Counted from the stretch's first letter, positions 1-10,229 are shown. The stretch is DNA of 64,000 nt from an uncultured Bacteroidales bacterium (GCA_964618645.1 CAZUBW010000010.1:282-64281), one strand, 5' to 3'. Translations and numbers: made by a program. Notes: generated by a model not told the origin, from the sequence alone.

Positions 1-215
1 TAAAGACAAAATAGTATTATAACTTATTATTATATAATTATTTAAATCGTCTTAGTTTGACGGCTATGCCGCTGGCGGGGGGATAGCGCATTTTCACAAC
101 TCAGCTCAAATCAATGAAGTGAGTGCATTGTTCTATTGAATTATTTCTTAACATGACGGCAATGGTCAAAGACTTCGCTTAGCAGGTGGAAACCAATTAA
201 TAAAAATTTGTTTAA

Positions 216-656
216 ATGAAATATAATTTTAATCCAAGCAATGACTTTCTGGGTATAAAAACTAACTACCATCCTGAGCAAGTAGTAAAGATTTTAGGTA
301 ATCCAGAAGATGTCAAAAAGCAGACATATTCGAGTTCTGAACTTAATGATTTTGATATAACATATTACTACAATAAAGGTCAAATAAGGATAGTATTTAG
401 TTATGTCAATGGAATTTTTTCCGGATTATCAATATATAGCAAAAGTATTTATATTGATAATATTAATTTATTTTCAATACATAAAAGCGATGTGTTAAAC
501 ATTATTGGAAAGATTTCAAATATAGATATTGAAAAAGCTTGTAAAGATAAGGTGAAAATAAACGATTACTATTCAGAGGAGTTTGAATTTTACGATATAG
601 GTTTAACTTTATGGTTTGAAGGGAACGTATTAGAAGAGGTCTGTGTTTTTAAATGA
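216..656 (+). CDS. hypothetical protein, 146 aa, very AT-rich gene (possibly an immunity-like small protein)
   Basis: Only long ORF in a low-GC stretch. It has two similar halves, each ending in a hydrophobic beta-like segment (IRIVFSYVNGIFSGLSIY; IGLTLWFEGNVLEEVCVF). I recognise no catalytic motif. Confidence 0.45.
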   Translation: MKYNFNPSNDFLGIKTNYHPEQVVKILGNPEDVKKQTYSSSELNDFDITYYYNKGQIRIVFSYVNGIFSGLSIYSKSIYIDNINLFSIHKSDVLNIIGKISNIDIEKACKDKVKINDYYSEEFEFYDIGLTLWFEGNVLEEVCVFK

Positions 657-813
657 TTTTGTTCCGCATACCGTAGACTTCAATCAAGGTGGCTCGGCGA
701 ATGTTTGCAACTTCGCCGTTTTTAACGAGCAATTTACTCCCTGCGGTCGTGAGATCGCTTCGCTAAGTTGTAATTACCAGCACAACAAAACATAAAATCC
801 TGCATAACCTGGT

Positions 814-1983
814 TTAGTAAGTTAAACCAAACTGCCAAAGAGGGATTGTATTCAAATAACCTTGTTCAATGCTGTCTTTTACTAAGTAAGCATTTTCTAA
901 ACCCTGAATTTGCTTCAGCCCTTTATGCTTTCCTCCTACTTCAAAAATATATTCACCAACCCGAAAATCAGCAACTGGAGATGCGATCACGTCATGTTTT
1001 AACCTAAGCTGATTTAAGAAAAACGTTTCCCTTATGTTCCCCGCATTTGAATTGTCACTGGCCAAACTGTAAATCAGATTTGTATTATCCAGATAGATTT
1101 TATCAACTTTGCCCAGGCCTCTGATTCCACCTGTGGCATCCCTTAACTGGGCGATCATTCCGGCTTCTTCAATATAAAGGCAATAATCCGCGATATTGTT
1201 CCGGCTGGACAAAAGAGCAGCAGAAATACCGGACATGTTTGGTTTAAATGGGACACTTTTCGCAATAATGGCCAGCAATTGCTTTAATTTCCTTCCGGTA
1301 GATACATTCATGCCGGCATACATAGGAATATCCGATTCCAAGGTTTGGTTGACGATCTGCTGTAGTTTCAGTTCAAAATCTTCTTCCAGCGAAAACGGAT
1401 AATACCCTCTCTTCAAATAATCTTCAAAAAGTGGCAAGGGATGTTTTATTTCAGGTAGTTCCACTTTGTGAGAAAGAATATCCCTGAGTGAATATATTCG
1501 GGCAGTCACATGATGAAACAATTGCAAATATTCCCTGAACGACAAACCTTGCATGTGATACATGACTGCCCTGCGACTTAAATCAGACGCCCCTTTTTTA
1601 ATATCCAACACAGAGGAACCAGAAAACACAACATTCAGTTCCGGGTAATAATCATAGATCAGCTTCAGTTCTTTGGCCCAGTCTTTGTATTTATGTATTT
1701 CATCTACAAACAGATACTTCCCGTTACGTTTTACAAACGTATCAGCCAGCTCAAGCAGTTTATTATCCGAAAAGTAAAAATCCTCTGCCGTAACGTAAAG
1801 TGTTTCACCAAGACTAAGGTTCTTTTTGATATGTTGCAAAACCAAAGTCGTCTTTCCAACTCCACGTGGACCAGTTAGGCCTATCATTCGATTTCCCCAG
1901 TTTATTTCATTGTAGAGGTATCGAAAGAACCCGGTATCTGTATCTTTTAGCAGCTTAAAAAACTTTTCAAATAATTTCTCCAT
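814..1983 (-). CDS. AAA+ ATPase with C-terminal DUF4143-like region
   Basis: Walker A GPRGVGKTT, Walker B LFVDEIHKY, followed by VVFSGSS and DLSRRAVMYHMQGLSFREYL. This matches the AAA_14/DUF4143 ATP-binding protein family common in Bacteroidota. Confidence 0.85.
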   Translation of the reverse strand: MEKLFEKFFKLLKDTDTGFFRYLYNEINWGNRMIGLTGPRGVGKTTLVLQHIKKNLSLGETLYVTAEDFYFSDNKLLELADTFVKRNGKYLFVDEIHKYKDWAKELKLIYDYYPELNVVFSGSSVLDIKKGASDLSRRAVMYHMQGLSFREYLQLFHHVTARIYSLRDILSHKVELPEIKHPLPLFEDYLKRGYYPFSLEEDFELKLQQIVNQTLESDIPMYAGMNVSTGRKLKQLLAIIAKSVPFKPNMSGISAALLSSRNNIADYCLYIEEAGMIAQLRDATGGIRGLGKVDKIYLDNTNLIYSLASDNSNAGNIRETFFLNQLRLKHDVIASPVADFRVGEYIFEVGGKHKGLKQIQGLENAYLVKDSIEQGYLNTIPLWQFGLTY

Positions 1984-2000
1984 GGTTGCTTATTATTATG

Positions 2001-2008
2001 CAAAGATA
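2001..2008 (-). promoter_or_regulatory. candidate Bacteroidota -7 promoter box (TATCTTTG on minus strand) for the ATPase gene
   Basis: Exact match to TAnnTTTG on the minus strand, 18 nt upstream of the ATG at 1983. Confidence 0.35.
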
Positions 2009-2081
2009 TTAAAATGCACTATTAAAGATCAAATAATATATAAAAATGCACTATAATAGTGCATAAAATTATACTTTGCAC

Positions 2082-2113
2082 AAAAAAGCCCGGACGCATC
2101 GTCCGGGCTTTTC
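2082..2113 (-). terminator. intrinsic terminator downstream of rpoD
   Basis: 10-bp GC-rich stem AAGCCCGGAC/GTCCGGGCTT (2086-2095 / 2101-2110) with a 5-nt loop. A T6 run follows on the minus strand, about 25 nt after the rpoD stop. Confidence 0.6.
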
Positions 2114-2133
2114 GGGTATACGCTTAGGGGCTG

Positions 2134-2994
2134 TTAACCCAGGTAAGTTTTCAGCAACTTGTTTTTCGACTTCTGCCGTAAGTGCTTGATGGCTTTTTCC
2201 TTGATCTGCCGGGTACGCTCGCGTGAAATGCCAATGGTGGCGCCAATTTCCTCGAGCGACATGGGTTTTGTACCGATGCCATAAAAAGCCCGGATCACAC
2301 TGCTTTCCTTTTCGGGCAGCGTGCTGAGGGTACGTTCGATTTCTTTGGCCAGCGACTCCTCAATAAGCTTGTTGTCGGTGGTGGGGGTATCGTGACTGGG
2401 CAGTACGTCCAGCAGGCTGTTTTCTTCACCGTCCTGGAAAGGAGCATCTACCGAAAGATGACGGCCCGAAAGTTCAAGGGTTCCGGCAACTTTACCCTCG
2501 GGCAACTCAAGAATGGCAGCCACTTCTTCGGGCGAAGGCTCACGCTCGTGAGCCTGCTCGAGCTGCGAAAAGGCCCTGTTTATCTTATTCAGCGCGCCAA
2601 TTTTATTGAGCGGTAAACGAACAATACGCGATTGCTCAGCCAGCGCCTGCAATATGCATTGCCTGATCCACCATACCGCGTAGGAGATGAATTTGAAACC
2701 TTTGGTTTCGTCGAACTTTTTGGCAGCCTTGATAAGCCCCAGGTTACCCTCGTTGATCAGGTCGGGCAGGCTCAACCCCTGGTGCTGGTATTGCTTGGCC
2801 ACAGAAACAACAAAGCGCAGGTTGGCCTTGGTGAGTTTTTCAAGCGCTTCCTGATCGCCCATTTTGATCCGCTTGGCAAGTTCAACCTCCTCTTCGGGGG
2901 TGATGAGCTCTTCTTTGCCTATATCATGAAGATATTTTTCAAGTGAATCACTGTTGCGGTTGGTAATGGATTTGGTTATCTTTAATTGCCTCAT
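2134..2994 (-). CDS. rpoD: RNA polymerase primary sigma factor (sigma-70 family, short Bacteroidota type, 286 aa)
   Basis: Region 2 motifs [25 protein letters not shown] and [11 protein letters not shown]. Region 4 motif [22 protein letters not shown]. The length is typical of Bacteroidota sigma-A. Confidence 0.93.
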   Translation of the reverse strand: MRQLKITKSITNRNSDSLEKYLHDIGKEELITPEEEVELAKRIKMGDQEALEKLTKANLRFVVSVAKQYQHQGLSLPDLINEGNLGLIKAAKKFDETKGFKFISYAVWWIRQCILQALAEQSRIVRLPLNKIGALNKINRAFSQLEQAHEREPSPEEVAAILELPEGKVAGTLELSGRHLSVDAPFQDGEENSLLDVLPSHDTPTTDNKLIEESLAKEIERTLSTLPEKESSVIRAFYGIGTKPMSLEEIGATIGISRERTRQIKEKAIKHLRQKSKNKLLKTYLG

Positions 2995-3263
2995 ATGAAC
3001 CTTGGTTTAGAAAAGAAATAACGACGATTATACAAATAAACAAAAAAGCACCCTTTTTGTTGCCCGGGATACTCTTAAAAAAACTTAAAGTATACCCTTT
3101 TTCATCGTATGGCGGAATATACGCATTTTTTGGCTTATTTCAAAATTTTCAGCGAGTTATGTTACGGCACCAAGGGTATCTGCTTTCCAAATTTTAGGCT
3201 ATCAGTCATTTATAAAACATGATATTTATCAATACTTTTATGGCCGGATAGTCTTTGCTTTGG

Positions 3264-4205
3264 ATGCGAAAAAAAACGAGCAAAAAATATGCCATGAATA
3301 CCAAAAGTGCTTTGTCGGTTTACCTTCCTGTTCTGCTGGCCATGGTGTTCTGGAGCTATAGTTTCATCTGGTATAAAGAGGTGCTTGTTTTTTACCGGCC
3401 CATAGCCCTCATTACCTTCAGACTGGTACTGGCCGTTCCGCTCTTGTTTCTGCTTTCGGTGGCACTGCGAAAGCTGCAGCATATCAAACGCAAAGACCTT
3501 GCCTGGTTTCTGCTACTGGGCTTTTTCGAACCTTTTCTTTATTTCATGGGCGAGTCGTATGGCATGAAACTGGTTTCGCCTACGCTGGCGGCCATTATCA
3601 TTTCACTTATTCCTTTGCTGGCTCCCATTCCGGCATGGTTCATCTTCAGGGAGCGCTTTACCCTTACCAATTACATTGGTTTGTTCATATCGGTAGCCGG
3701 CGTTATACTGGTAATCATGGGCGAAAACACCCATGCTGCAACTTCCCTGGCCGGGGTATTGCTGATGCTGTTGGCAGTTTTTGCGGCCGTGTTGCATTCG
3801 GTGGTCGTTCGTAAACTGGCAGGTCAATACAACTCGTTTACCATTGTCACCTACCAGAGCCTGTTCGGCCTGATCTACTTTCTTCCGCTTTTCGGAATAA
3901 TGGAGTTTTCGGGTTTTATCCAAATCACACACCGCTTTGAAATGGTGTGGCCGGTGGTAAAGTTGGCTGTTTTTGCATCTACCTTTGCCTTTTTATTCTT
4001 TGTGTATTCGATTCAGCGACTGGGCATTGTCCGTACCAATGTATTTGTAAACCTTATACCGGTTTTTACTGCCATATTGTCTTATTTTATCCTGAAGGAA
4101 CAGTTTGGGGTAATGAAAATGGTGGGTATTGCCGTGGTAATTGCCGGATTGGTCTTCAGCCAGCTTAACCGGCGTAGCCGGATGATGAAGAGAAGTGAAT
4201 TGTGA
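3264..4205 (+). CDS. DMT superfamily (EamA-like) transporter
   Basis: About 10 predicted TM helices in two EamA-like halves. The ORF opens at TTG 3255. In-frame ATGs at 3264 and 3294 are both plausible starts. Confidence 0.85.
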   Translation: MRKKTSKKYAMNTKSALSVYLPVLLAMVFWSYSFIWYKEVLVFYRPIALITFRLVLAVPLLFLLSVALRKLQHIKRKDLAWFLLLGFFEPFLYFMGESYGMKLVSPTLAAIIISLIPLLAPIPAWFIFRERFTLTNYIGLFISVAGVILVIMGENTHAATSLAGVLLMLLAVFAAVLHSVVVRKLAGQYNSFTIVTYQSLFGLIYFLPLFGIMEFSGFIQITHRFEMVWPVVKLAVFASTFAFLFFVYSIQRLGIVRTNVFVNLIPVFTAILSYFILKEQFGVMKMVGIAVVIAGLVFSQLNRRSRMMKRSEL

Positions 4206-4398
4206 ATAGTGACGAGAGACGAGTGACGAGTGACGAGTAGCAGCAGCAGTAGCAGCGGCAGTGCTTCGACTCCGCTCAGCATCCATCCAGTATCCAGTAT
4301 CCAGTATCCCGTATCCCGTATCCAGCACCTAGCACCTAGCACCCAGCACCCAGCACCCAGCATCCAGCATCCAGCCCCAACCCCTGCCTAAAGGCAGG
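4204..4398 (+). repeat. modular heptamer-repeat intergenic element, copy A
   Basis: Order of parts: GAATAGTGAC boundary, (TGACGAG)x4, a GCAGCAGC...AGCAGCGGCAGT block, then about 14 tandem CCAGYAY-type 7-mers, then a CCTGCC-TAAA-GGCAGG hairpin. Homologous to 34772-34896 and to the reverse complement of 14904-15184. Confidence 0.85.
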
Positions 4399-4466
4399 CA
4401 GGCTCTGCAACATTATTCCGAATCTTTTTTATATTTACAGCCTGATCCTGCCAAAAAAACGGCTGC

Positions 4467-5165
4467 ATGATACCTTTACGAGATACCATACCTTCACGGA
4501 GCTTTCCCATTGTAAACTGGATCCTTATCCTGTTGAATGCCGGTATTTTCCTGTACGAGGTGTTTATGCTCAACAGCGCCCAGGCTGAACAGATGATTTT
4601 TCGTTACGGTCTGGTACCGGAAAAAATACGCTTCGCGGGAATTGACAGTATTTACGACCTGCGGGTAACGGTTTTCCGTCCTTTTCTGACCAATATGTTC
4701 CTGCATGGCGGGTGGTGGCATCTGATTTCGAACATGTGGATCCTGTTCATTTTCGGAGACAATGTAGAGGACAGGATGGGTAAGGTCAGATACTTTCTGT
4801 TTTATATCCTTTGCGGATTAATAGCCAGTTTTGCCCACTTTGTATTGCACATCAACTCGCCCATTCCGGCCATAGGAGCTTCCGGCGCCATATCGGGTGT
4901 TATGGCGGCCTACATGTTTATGTTTCCAAAAAGCACCATCCTGTCGTTTGTGCCTATTTTCATCATTCCCCTTTTTATTCCCATACCTGCTCTTATTTAC
5001 ATAGGCATATGGTTTCTGGGGCAGCTATGGAGCGGCACAACATCGCTGATGCTGTCGGATAGTGCCACAGGCATAGCCTTTTGGGCGCACATCGGTGGTT
5101 TTGTCGGTGGTTTATTCCTCTACCGGTTGTTCGACAGCTCCAAACGAAAGAGCCATTACCAGTAG
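4467..5165 (+). CDS. rhomboid family intramembrane serine protease
   Basis: Motifs LHGGWWHLISNMWILFIFG, catalytic GASGAISGV, and a later AHIGGFVGG. Six to seven TM helices. Confidence 0.88.
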   Translation: MIPLRDTIPSRSFPIVNWILILLNAGIFLYEVFMLNSAQAEQMIFRYGLVPEKIRFAGIDSIYDLRVTVFRPFLTNMFLHGGWWHLISNMWILFIFGDNVEDRMGKVRYFLFYILCGLIASFAHFVLHINSPIPAIGASGAISGVMAAYMFMFPKSTILSFVPIFIIPLFIPIPALIYIGIWFLGQLWSGTTSLMLSDSATGIAFWAHIGGFVGGLFLYRLFDSSKRKSHYQ

Positions 5166-5255
5166 TTTGAAAAGTGCGCTTTATACCGGCAGTCATACCG
5201 GTGATTTCTTTGGCATGCATCTTGCGCATCTGTATTTTCATCAATATGTGACAAC

Positions 5256-7475
5256 ATGAATTACCAGGAGTTAAAGGGCAGGTACCGGCAGGTTTTTGAT
5301 TATATTGGCAAAAGCCGTATCAAGGATGCGCTGGATTCGCTGGAAATATTGTGCAACCATTCACGCAACCGCGATTTCAGGCAACAGCTCGATAATCATA
5401 CCGAAACGTACCGAAACATCCTGAAGTATGCTTTTGAGCTTACCGACGATCCGCAGAAGGAAATGGTATATAACCGGCTGGTACGGGCCATTGTTTCCCT
5501 GGCCGACGATGTGAAGGAGGATATTATCCGTACCGGTAACCTGCTTACTTATTATACCTTGAAACTCAACCCTGAATCGCTTGCCGAAACGGTTATTTCC
5601 GATACTTCAAAGATGGTCGACAAACTTGTGCTCCGCCAGGAATCAGCACCAGTTGCGAAAGAAGGGGAACAGCCCGAAGCATTTTATGCAACACAGGAAT
5701 ACAAAGACAATATCAGGGCGGTATTCAGAATAATATGGCACTCCGATACCCTAAAGGACAAAGAAATTGAACTACTTAACAAAATCTGTCAGACCAGGTC
5801 CATCCTTTGGTTCGACAAATGCATATTGGTTAGCGCACTTACCTTATCGGCATTACGCCATTTTGACAGTAACAAAATCAATCTCCTGTTTGATTTTTAC
5901 GAAAGCGGCGAAAAACAGGTATGGCAGCGGGCAATGGTTGGACTCGTGCTTTGCCTTTCGTTTTACGATGCCCGTATTGCCTATTATCCCGAGATTATGC
6001 AGCGTTTAAAAGCTACGCAGGGGCTACGACAGGCCGATAAAAGCATTGAAATCATCATTCAGCAGTATGTAAAGGCCCGTGAAACCGAAAAAATAACCCG
6101 GAAGATCCAGCAGGAAATCCTGCCCGAGATGATCCGGATCAAATCGAAGCTCGAAGAAAAACTCGATCTCGAAAACCTCCTCTCGTCCATGAAGGCAGAA
6201 GACAAAAATCCTGAATGGGAAACTTTTTTCAAGGATTCCCCCAATATGTACAGTAAGCTCGAAGAGTTTACCAATCTCCAGATGGAGGGCGCCGATGTTT
6301 TTCTGGGGGCCTTTGCCATGCTCAAGCAATTTGATTTTTTTAACGAGGTGAATAACTGGTTTGTGCCATTTTACCAGCAGAACGATGCACTAAAGACTGT
6401 TTTTGACAATGCCGGCGAGGGCATTAACCTGCAGCAACTGGGCGAGGGCATTGAACGGAGCCATTTCTTATGCAATTCCGATAAGTATTCATTCTGTTTG
6501 AATATCAGTCATATGCCGGCGTTTCAGAAATCCACGGTCATGGAATTGTTTAACATGGAATTGAAAGCCATGGGCGAAATGGCGATGGATGATGAGCTCA
6601 TACATGCCGACGCCGCGACAAAGGTGATTATTACACAATATTTTCAGGACTTATACCGTTTTTACAAATTACACCCCCTCAGGGCAGAGTTTGACGACAT
6701 ATTTAAAATGCCGGGAGCCATTTATGAAACCTCTTTTTTCCGGAAATGGATCGACGATGAGAAACTGCTCAGAAATATCGGGGAATTCTTTTTTGAAAAG
6801 AACTATTTCAAGGATGCCCTGATCATTTTTGGTCAGCTGGTTGAAAACAGTAGTAATTACGAGCTTTTTGAGAAAATGGGCTATTGCCACGAGCAGACTT
6901 TTAATTACGAAAAGGCACTTGAATACTATCATAAAGCCGAACTGCTTGATAAAAACAGACTATGGCTGATCAATCATATCGCCTGGTGTTACAAGAAGAA
7001 GGGCGAGTACGAACTCGCCGTAGGCTATTATCTCGAAGCCGAAAAAATGGAACCCGAGAACCTGCAGGTGCAGGCGTTTCTTGGCCATATATACATGGAA
7101 ACAGGCGATTACGAAAAAGCTCTTAAATACTATTTCAAGGTTGAATACCTGCAGCCCGATAACAACAAAGTATACCGGCCCATATCGTGGTGTTCATTTA
7201 TGATTGGAAAATTTGACAATGCGGCCAAGTATCTCGAAAAATCGCTATCCTTTGGGGCGACTAAGAACGATTATCTTAATCTCGGGCATATCTACTGGTG
7301 CCGGGGCGATAAGCAACTGGCCATCGACAATTACCGCCTCAGTCTTAAAACGTCGGGTATGGATATCAACTGGTTTTCGGACGTGTTCCAGTACGACAGC
7401 AAGTACCTGGGAAAACATGGTATCAAGCCTATCGATATCCCGCTGATGATCGATTATATCAGGCTAGCCCTTTAA
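5256..7475 (+). CDS. large TPR-repeat protein (739 aa)
   Basis: The C-terminal third has repeated TPR-like units (YEKALEYYHKAELLD, ELAVGYYLEAEKMEP, YEKALKYYFKVEYLQP, QLAIDNYRLSL). I do not recognise the N-terminal two thirds. Confidence 0.75.
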   Translation: MNYQELKGRYRQVFDYIGKSRIKDALDSLEILCNHSRNRDFRQQLDNHTETYRNILKYAFELTDDPQKEMVYNRLVRAIVSLADDVKEDIIRTGNLLTYYTLKLNPESLAETVISDTSKMVDKLVLRQESAPVAKEGEQPEAFYATQEYKDNIRAVFRIIWHSDTLKDKEIELLNKICQTRSILWFDKCILVSALTLSALRHFDSNKINLLFDFYESGEKQVWQRAMVGLVLCLSFYDARIAYYPEIMQRLKATQGLRQADKSIEIIIQQYVKARETEKITRKIQQEILPEMIRIKSKLEEKLDLENLLSSMKAEDKNPEWETFFKDSPNMYSKLEEFTNLQMEGADVFLGAFAMLKQFDFFNEVNNWFVPFYQQNDALKTVFDNAGEGINLQQLGEGIERSHFLCNSDKYSFCLNISHMPAFQKSTVMELFNMELKAMGEMAMDDELIHADAATKVIITQYFQDLYRFYKLHPLRAEFDDIFKMPGAIYETSFFRKWIDDEKLLRNIGEFFFEKNYFKDALIIFGQLVENSSNYELFEKMGYCHEQTFNYEKALEYYHKAELLDKNRLWLINHIAWCYKKKGEYELAVGYYLEAEKMEPENLQVQAFLGHIYMETGDYEKALKYYFKVEYLQPDNNKVYRPISWCSFMIGKFDNAAKYLEKSLSFGATKNDYLNLGHIYWCRGDKQLAIDNYRLSLKTSGMDINWFSDVFQYDSKYLGKHGIKPIDIPLMIDYIRLAL

Positions 7476-7581
7476 GTTTGGCTTTTTTAAGACCAGCAAA
7501 CCGGATATTTTATTACATTTACTGGCTGTAAGGACGGGGAGAAGATTTTCATAAACCCGTTCAGGAATATCCATTTTCAGT

Positions 7582-10227
7582 ATGCGTTGTATTTGCTGTT
7601 ATTGCCTGGTTTTCCTGCTCTTAATCCTGTTTAACCCACCATCAGCATCCGGTCAGTTGCCTGCAGGCAAGCATTATGCCATGCGGTACACGGGAGCGTT
7701 GATTTCAGCATTGACACAGTTCGAGAGCAGTTACCCGGTTCGGTTTTACTACAGAACAACCTGGTTAAAGGACGATTCGGTGAATGTATCTTTTACAGGC
7801 AAATCGCTTGAACAGGCCATGGCCTTGATGCTCAAGAATAAGCCACTAACATTCAGTATTCTTAAAGATTATCATGTGGTGATCATGCCCGGCAGTAAGG
7901 TGGAGGCTTTAACCCATATGGTCAGCAATTATGCCGGGAAGGAATCAAACGGAAAAGATTTTGTACTCATCGGCAAAAGCGAAGACGGCATTAAGAAGAA
8001 AGCATCGGTAGTAACCGGAAAGGTAACCGATGCCAAAACAGGGGAACCCGTAATCGGAGCCATTGTTCAGGTTGATAACCTGCCACTCGGATCGGTTACC
8101 AATGTGGACGGAAAATACACCCTGTCGCTCGATGCCGGCTTTTATACGCTGAAATTATCGTGCATAGGATACGAGAACAATGTATACCATGTGAAAGTAG
8201 TTAACAACGGTACGTTAGACATGGAATTGTTTGACCGCCTGATTGCATTTGACGATGTGGTGATCAGGGGAGAACGACTTGACAAAAATGTAAGCAGCAA
8301 CCAGATGAGTCTCATCGAACTTGATTCGCGGACCATCAGGCAGCTGCCCGCCGTAGCCGGTGCCACCGATATTTTAAAGGGGCTCACCTCTATGCCGGGC
8401 ATTAAGTCGATCGGTGAATTCAGTTCAGGTATCAATGTGCGCGGGGGTGGCGAAGATCAGAACCTTTTCCTGTTTAACGGGACCCCAGTTTTTAATACTA
8501 CCCACGTGTTCGGGCTCCTTTCAGTTATTAATCCCGATGCGGTAAATAAGCTTACCTTATATAAAGGACACATTCCGGCCATGTATGGCGAAAGAATATC
8601 GTCGGTGGTCGACATCAGGTCGGCAGAAACATGTCCCGAAAGATTCTCGGTAAAGGGCGGGGTGGGAATATACGACAGCCGGCTTTTGGTTACGGTTCCA
8701 CTGGGAAAAAGCAAACAGTCGTTTTTTGAATTAGGCGGCAGGAAAAGCTATGCCGACTGGATACTGAATAATTCAAACGATGTATATCTGAAGAGAAGTG
8801 ATGCAGGGTTTCGGGACTTCAACGGTACCCTTCATCTCCGGCTTGGAAAGTCGCGGTTGTCATTTTCGGGTTATAGCAGCACCGATGACTTTAACCTGAG
8901 TGGCAACATTAAATATTTTTATACAAGTCGCCTGGGTTCGGTAAACTGGAATATCCTGCATAAATCAACGCTGGGTTCCTACATCACCCTGTCGGGCAGT
9001 ACCTATGCAGCCGACAAGGAATTGCAGGGAAGCAGCCTGGAGAAGGCCACCATCAGCACCGGTATCAAACATACTGCGTTGCGTTACCGGTTACAATACA
9101 GTGGCATCAGCAGGCATGTGGCCGAAGCCGGCTTCAATATCATTCACTACGAGGTTGAACCGGGTGAACGAACGCCCCGGTATGCAGTTTCAATCGTGAC
9201 CGGTTTAAAGTTGCCGGAAGAATCGGCTTATGAAGGCGCTTTTTTTGTGAACGATGAATTTGTTGTAAATCCGACTATTTCCCTGAACATGGGGTTACGC
9301 CTTTCGGCTTATAAACACCAGGATGCCGGTTTCTATATGGATGCCGAACCCAGGTTCTCGGCAAAGATACAGCTCAACCAGTTGAGTTCGATTAAGTTCA
9401 GTTATAGCCGGAACGTCCAGTATTTGTCGCTCGTGTCACCAACAGCAGTATCCACGCCGTCTGATATCTGGAAGCTGTCGAATAACCATATACATCCCCT
9501 GACGGCCCATCAGTTTGCTGCAGGTTATTTCAGAAACTTTTACAACAACAGCATCGAAACTTCTGTTGAAGTTTATTATAAAGCACTCAACCATGCCATC
9601 GAATATGCCGATGGGGTTGTGCTGACCATGAATCCTGCCCTGGATGAAGTGCTTTATGACGCCAGGGGAAAAAATTACGGTTTGGAATTGTCGGTTAAAA
9701 AAAATGCAGGTCGATGGGACGGATGGATCAGTTACACTTTCTCACGTTCGTTTCGTGAGGTGGAAGACCCTTCGGCAGACCGTGCAGTGTTTGGTGGGAA
9801 ATACCCGTCGGTGTCCGATAAACCGCATGACTTTTCCACCGTAGTTACCTTTCACGTGAACAAGCGGGTAAGGTTTACAGGTAATTTTTCCTATGCTACC
9901 GGCAGGCCTGTAACATTGCCAGAACAAAAATCCTACGTGGGCAATGTGCAGGTAGTGCTGTTCTCCAAAAAAAACCAGTACCGGATACCCGATTACCACA
10001 GGCTCGACTTATCGGTTACCTTTGACGAAAACCTGCGGTTACGCAAACGGTGGAAAGGGAGCCTGACTTTTTCATTGCTGAATGTTTACGGGCATAAAAA
10101 TCCCTATACGGTGTATTTCTCAAAAGACAGGGCGAGCGCCGCAAATGACTATAATGCTTATGGTATGTATATGCTTTACCTGATTGGCAAACCGGTGCCT
10201 ACCTTTACTTATTCCTTCAGATTCTGA
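7582..10227 (+). CDS. TonB-dependent receptor with N-terminal STN-like and carboxypeptidase-regulatory-like domains
   Basis: Signal peptide. STN-like segment (LISALTQFESSYPVRFYY...SLEQAMALMLKNKPLTFSI). CarbopepD_reg-like segment (VTGKVTDAKTGEPVIGAIVQV...GKYTLSL..GFYTLKLSCIGYE). Plug-like region. Long beta-barrel ending in an aromatic residue (YSFRF). Confidence 0.85.
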   Translation: MRCICCYCLVFLLLILFNPPSASGQLPAGKHYAMRYTGALISALTQFESSYPVRFYYRTTWLKDDSVNVSFTGKSLEQAMALMLKNKPLTFSILKDYHVVIMPGSKVEALTHMVSNYAGKESNGKDFVLIGKSEDGIKKKASVVTGKVTDAKTGEPVIGAIVQVDNLPLGSVTNVDGKYTLSLDAGFYTLKLSCIGYENNVYHVKVVNNGTLDMELFDRLIAFDDVVIRGERLDKNVSSNQMSLIELDSRTIRQLPAVAGATDILKGLTSMPGIKSIGEFSSGINVRGGGEDQNLFLFNGTPVFNTTHVFGLLSVINPDAVNKLTLYKGHIPAMYGERISSVVDIRSAETCPERFSVKGGVGIYDSRLLVTVPLGKSKQSFFELGGRKSYADWILNNSNDVYLKRSDAGFRDFNGTLHLRLGKSRLSFSGYSSTDDFNLSGNIKYFYTSRLGSVNWNILHKSTLGSYITLSGSTYAADKELQGSSLEKATISTGIKHTALRYRLQYSGISRHVAEAGFNIIHYEVEPGERTPRYAVSIVTGLKLPEESAYEGAFFVNDEFVVNPTISLNMGLRLSAYKHQDAGFYMDAEPRFSAKIQLNQLSSIKFSYSRNVQYLSLVSPTAVSTPSDIWKLSNNHIHPLTAHQFAAGYFRNFYNNSIETSVEVYYKALNHAIEYADGVVLTMNPALDEVLYDARGKNYGLELSVKKNAGRWDGWISYTFSRSFREVEDPSADRAVFGGKYPSVSDKPHDFSTVVTFHVNKRVRFTGNFSYATGRPVTLPEQKSYVGNVQVVLFSKKNQYRIPDYHRLDLSVTFDENLRLRKRWKGSLTFSLLNVYGHKNPYTVYFSKDRASAANDYNAYGMYMLYLIGKPVPTFTYSFRF

Positions 10228-10229
10228 GC

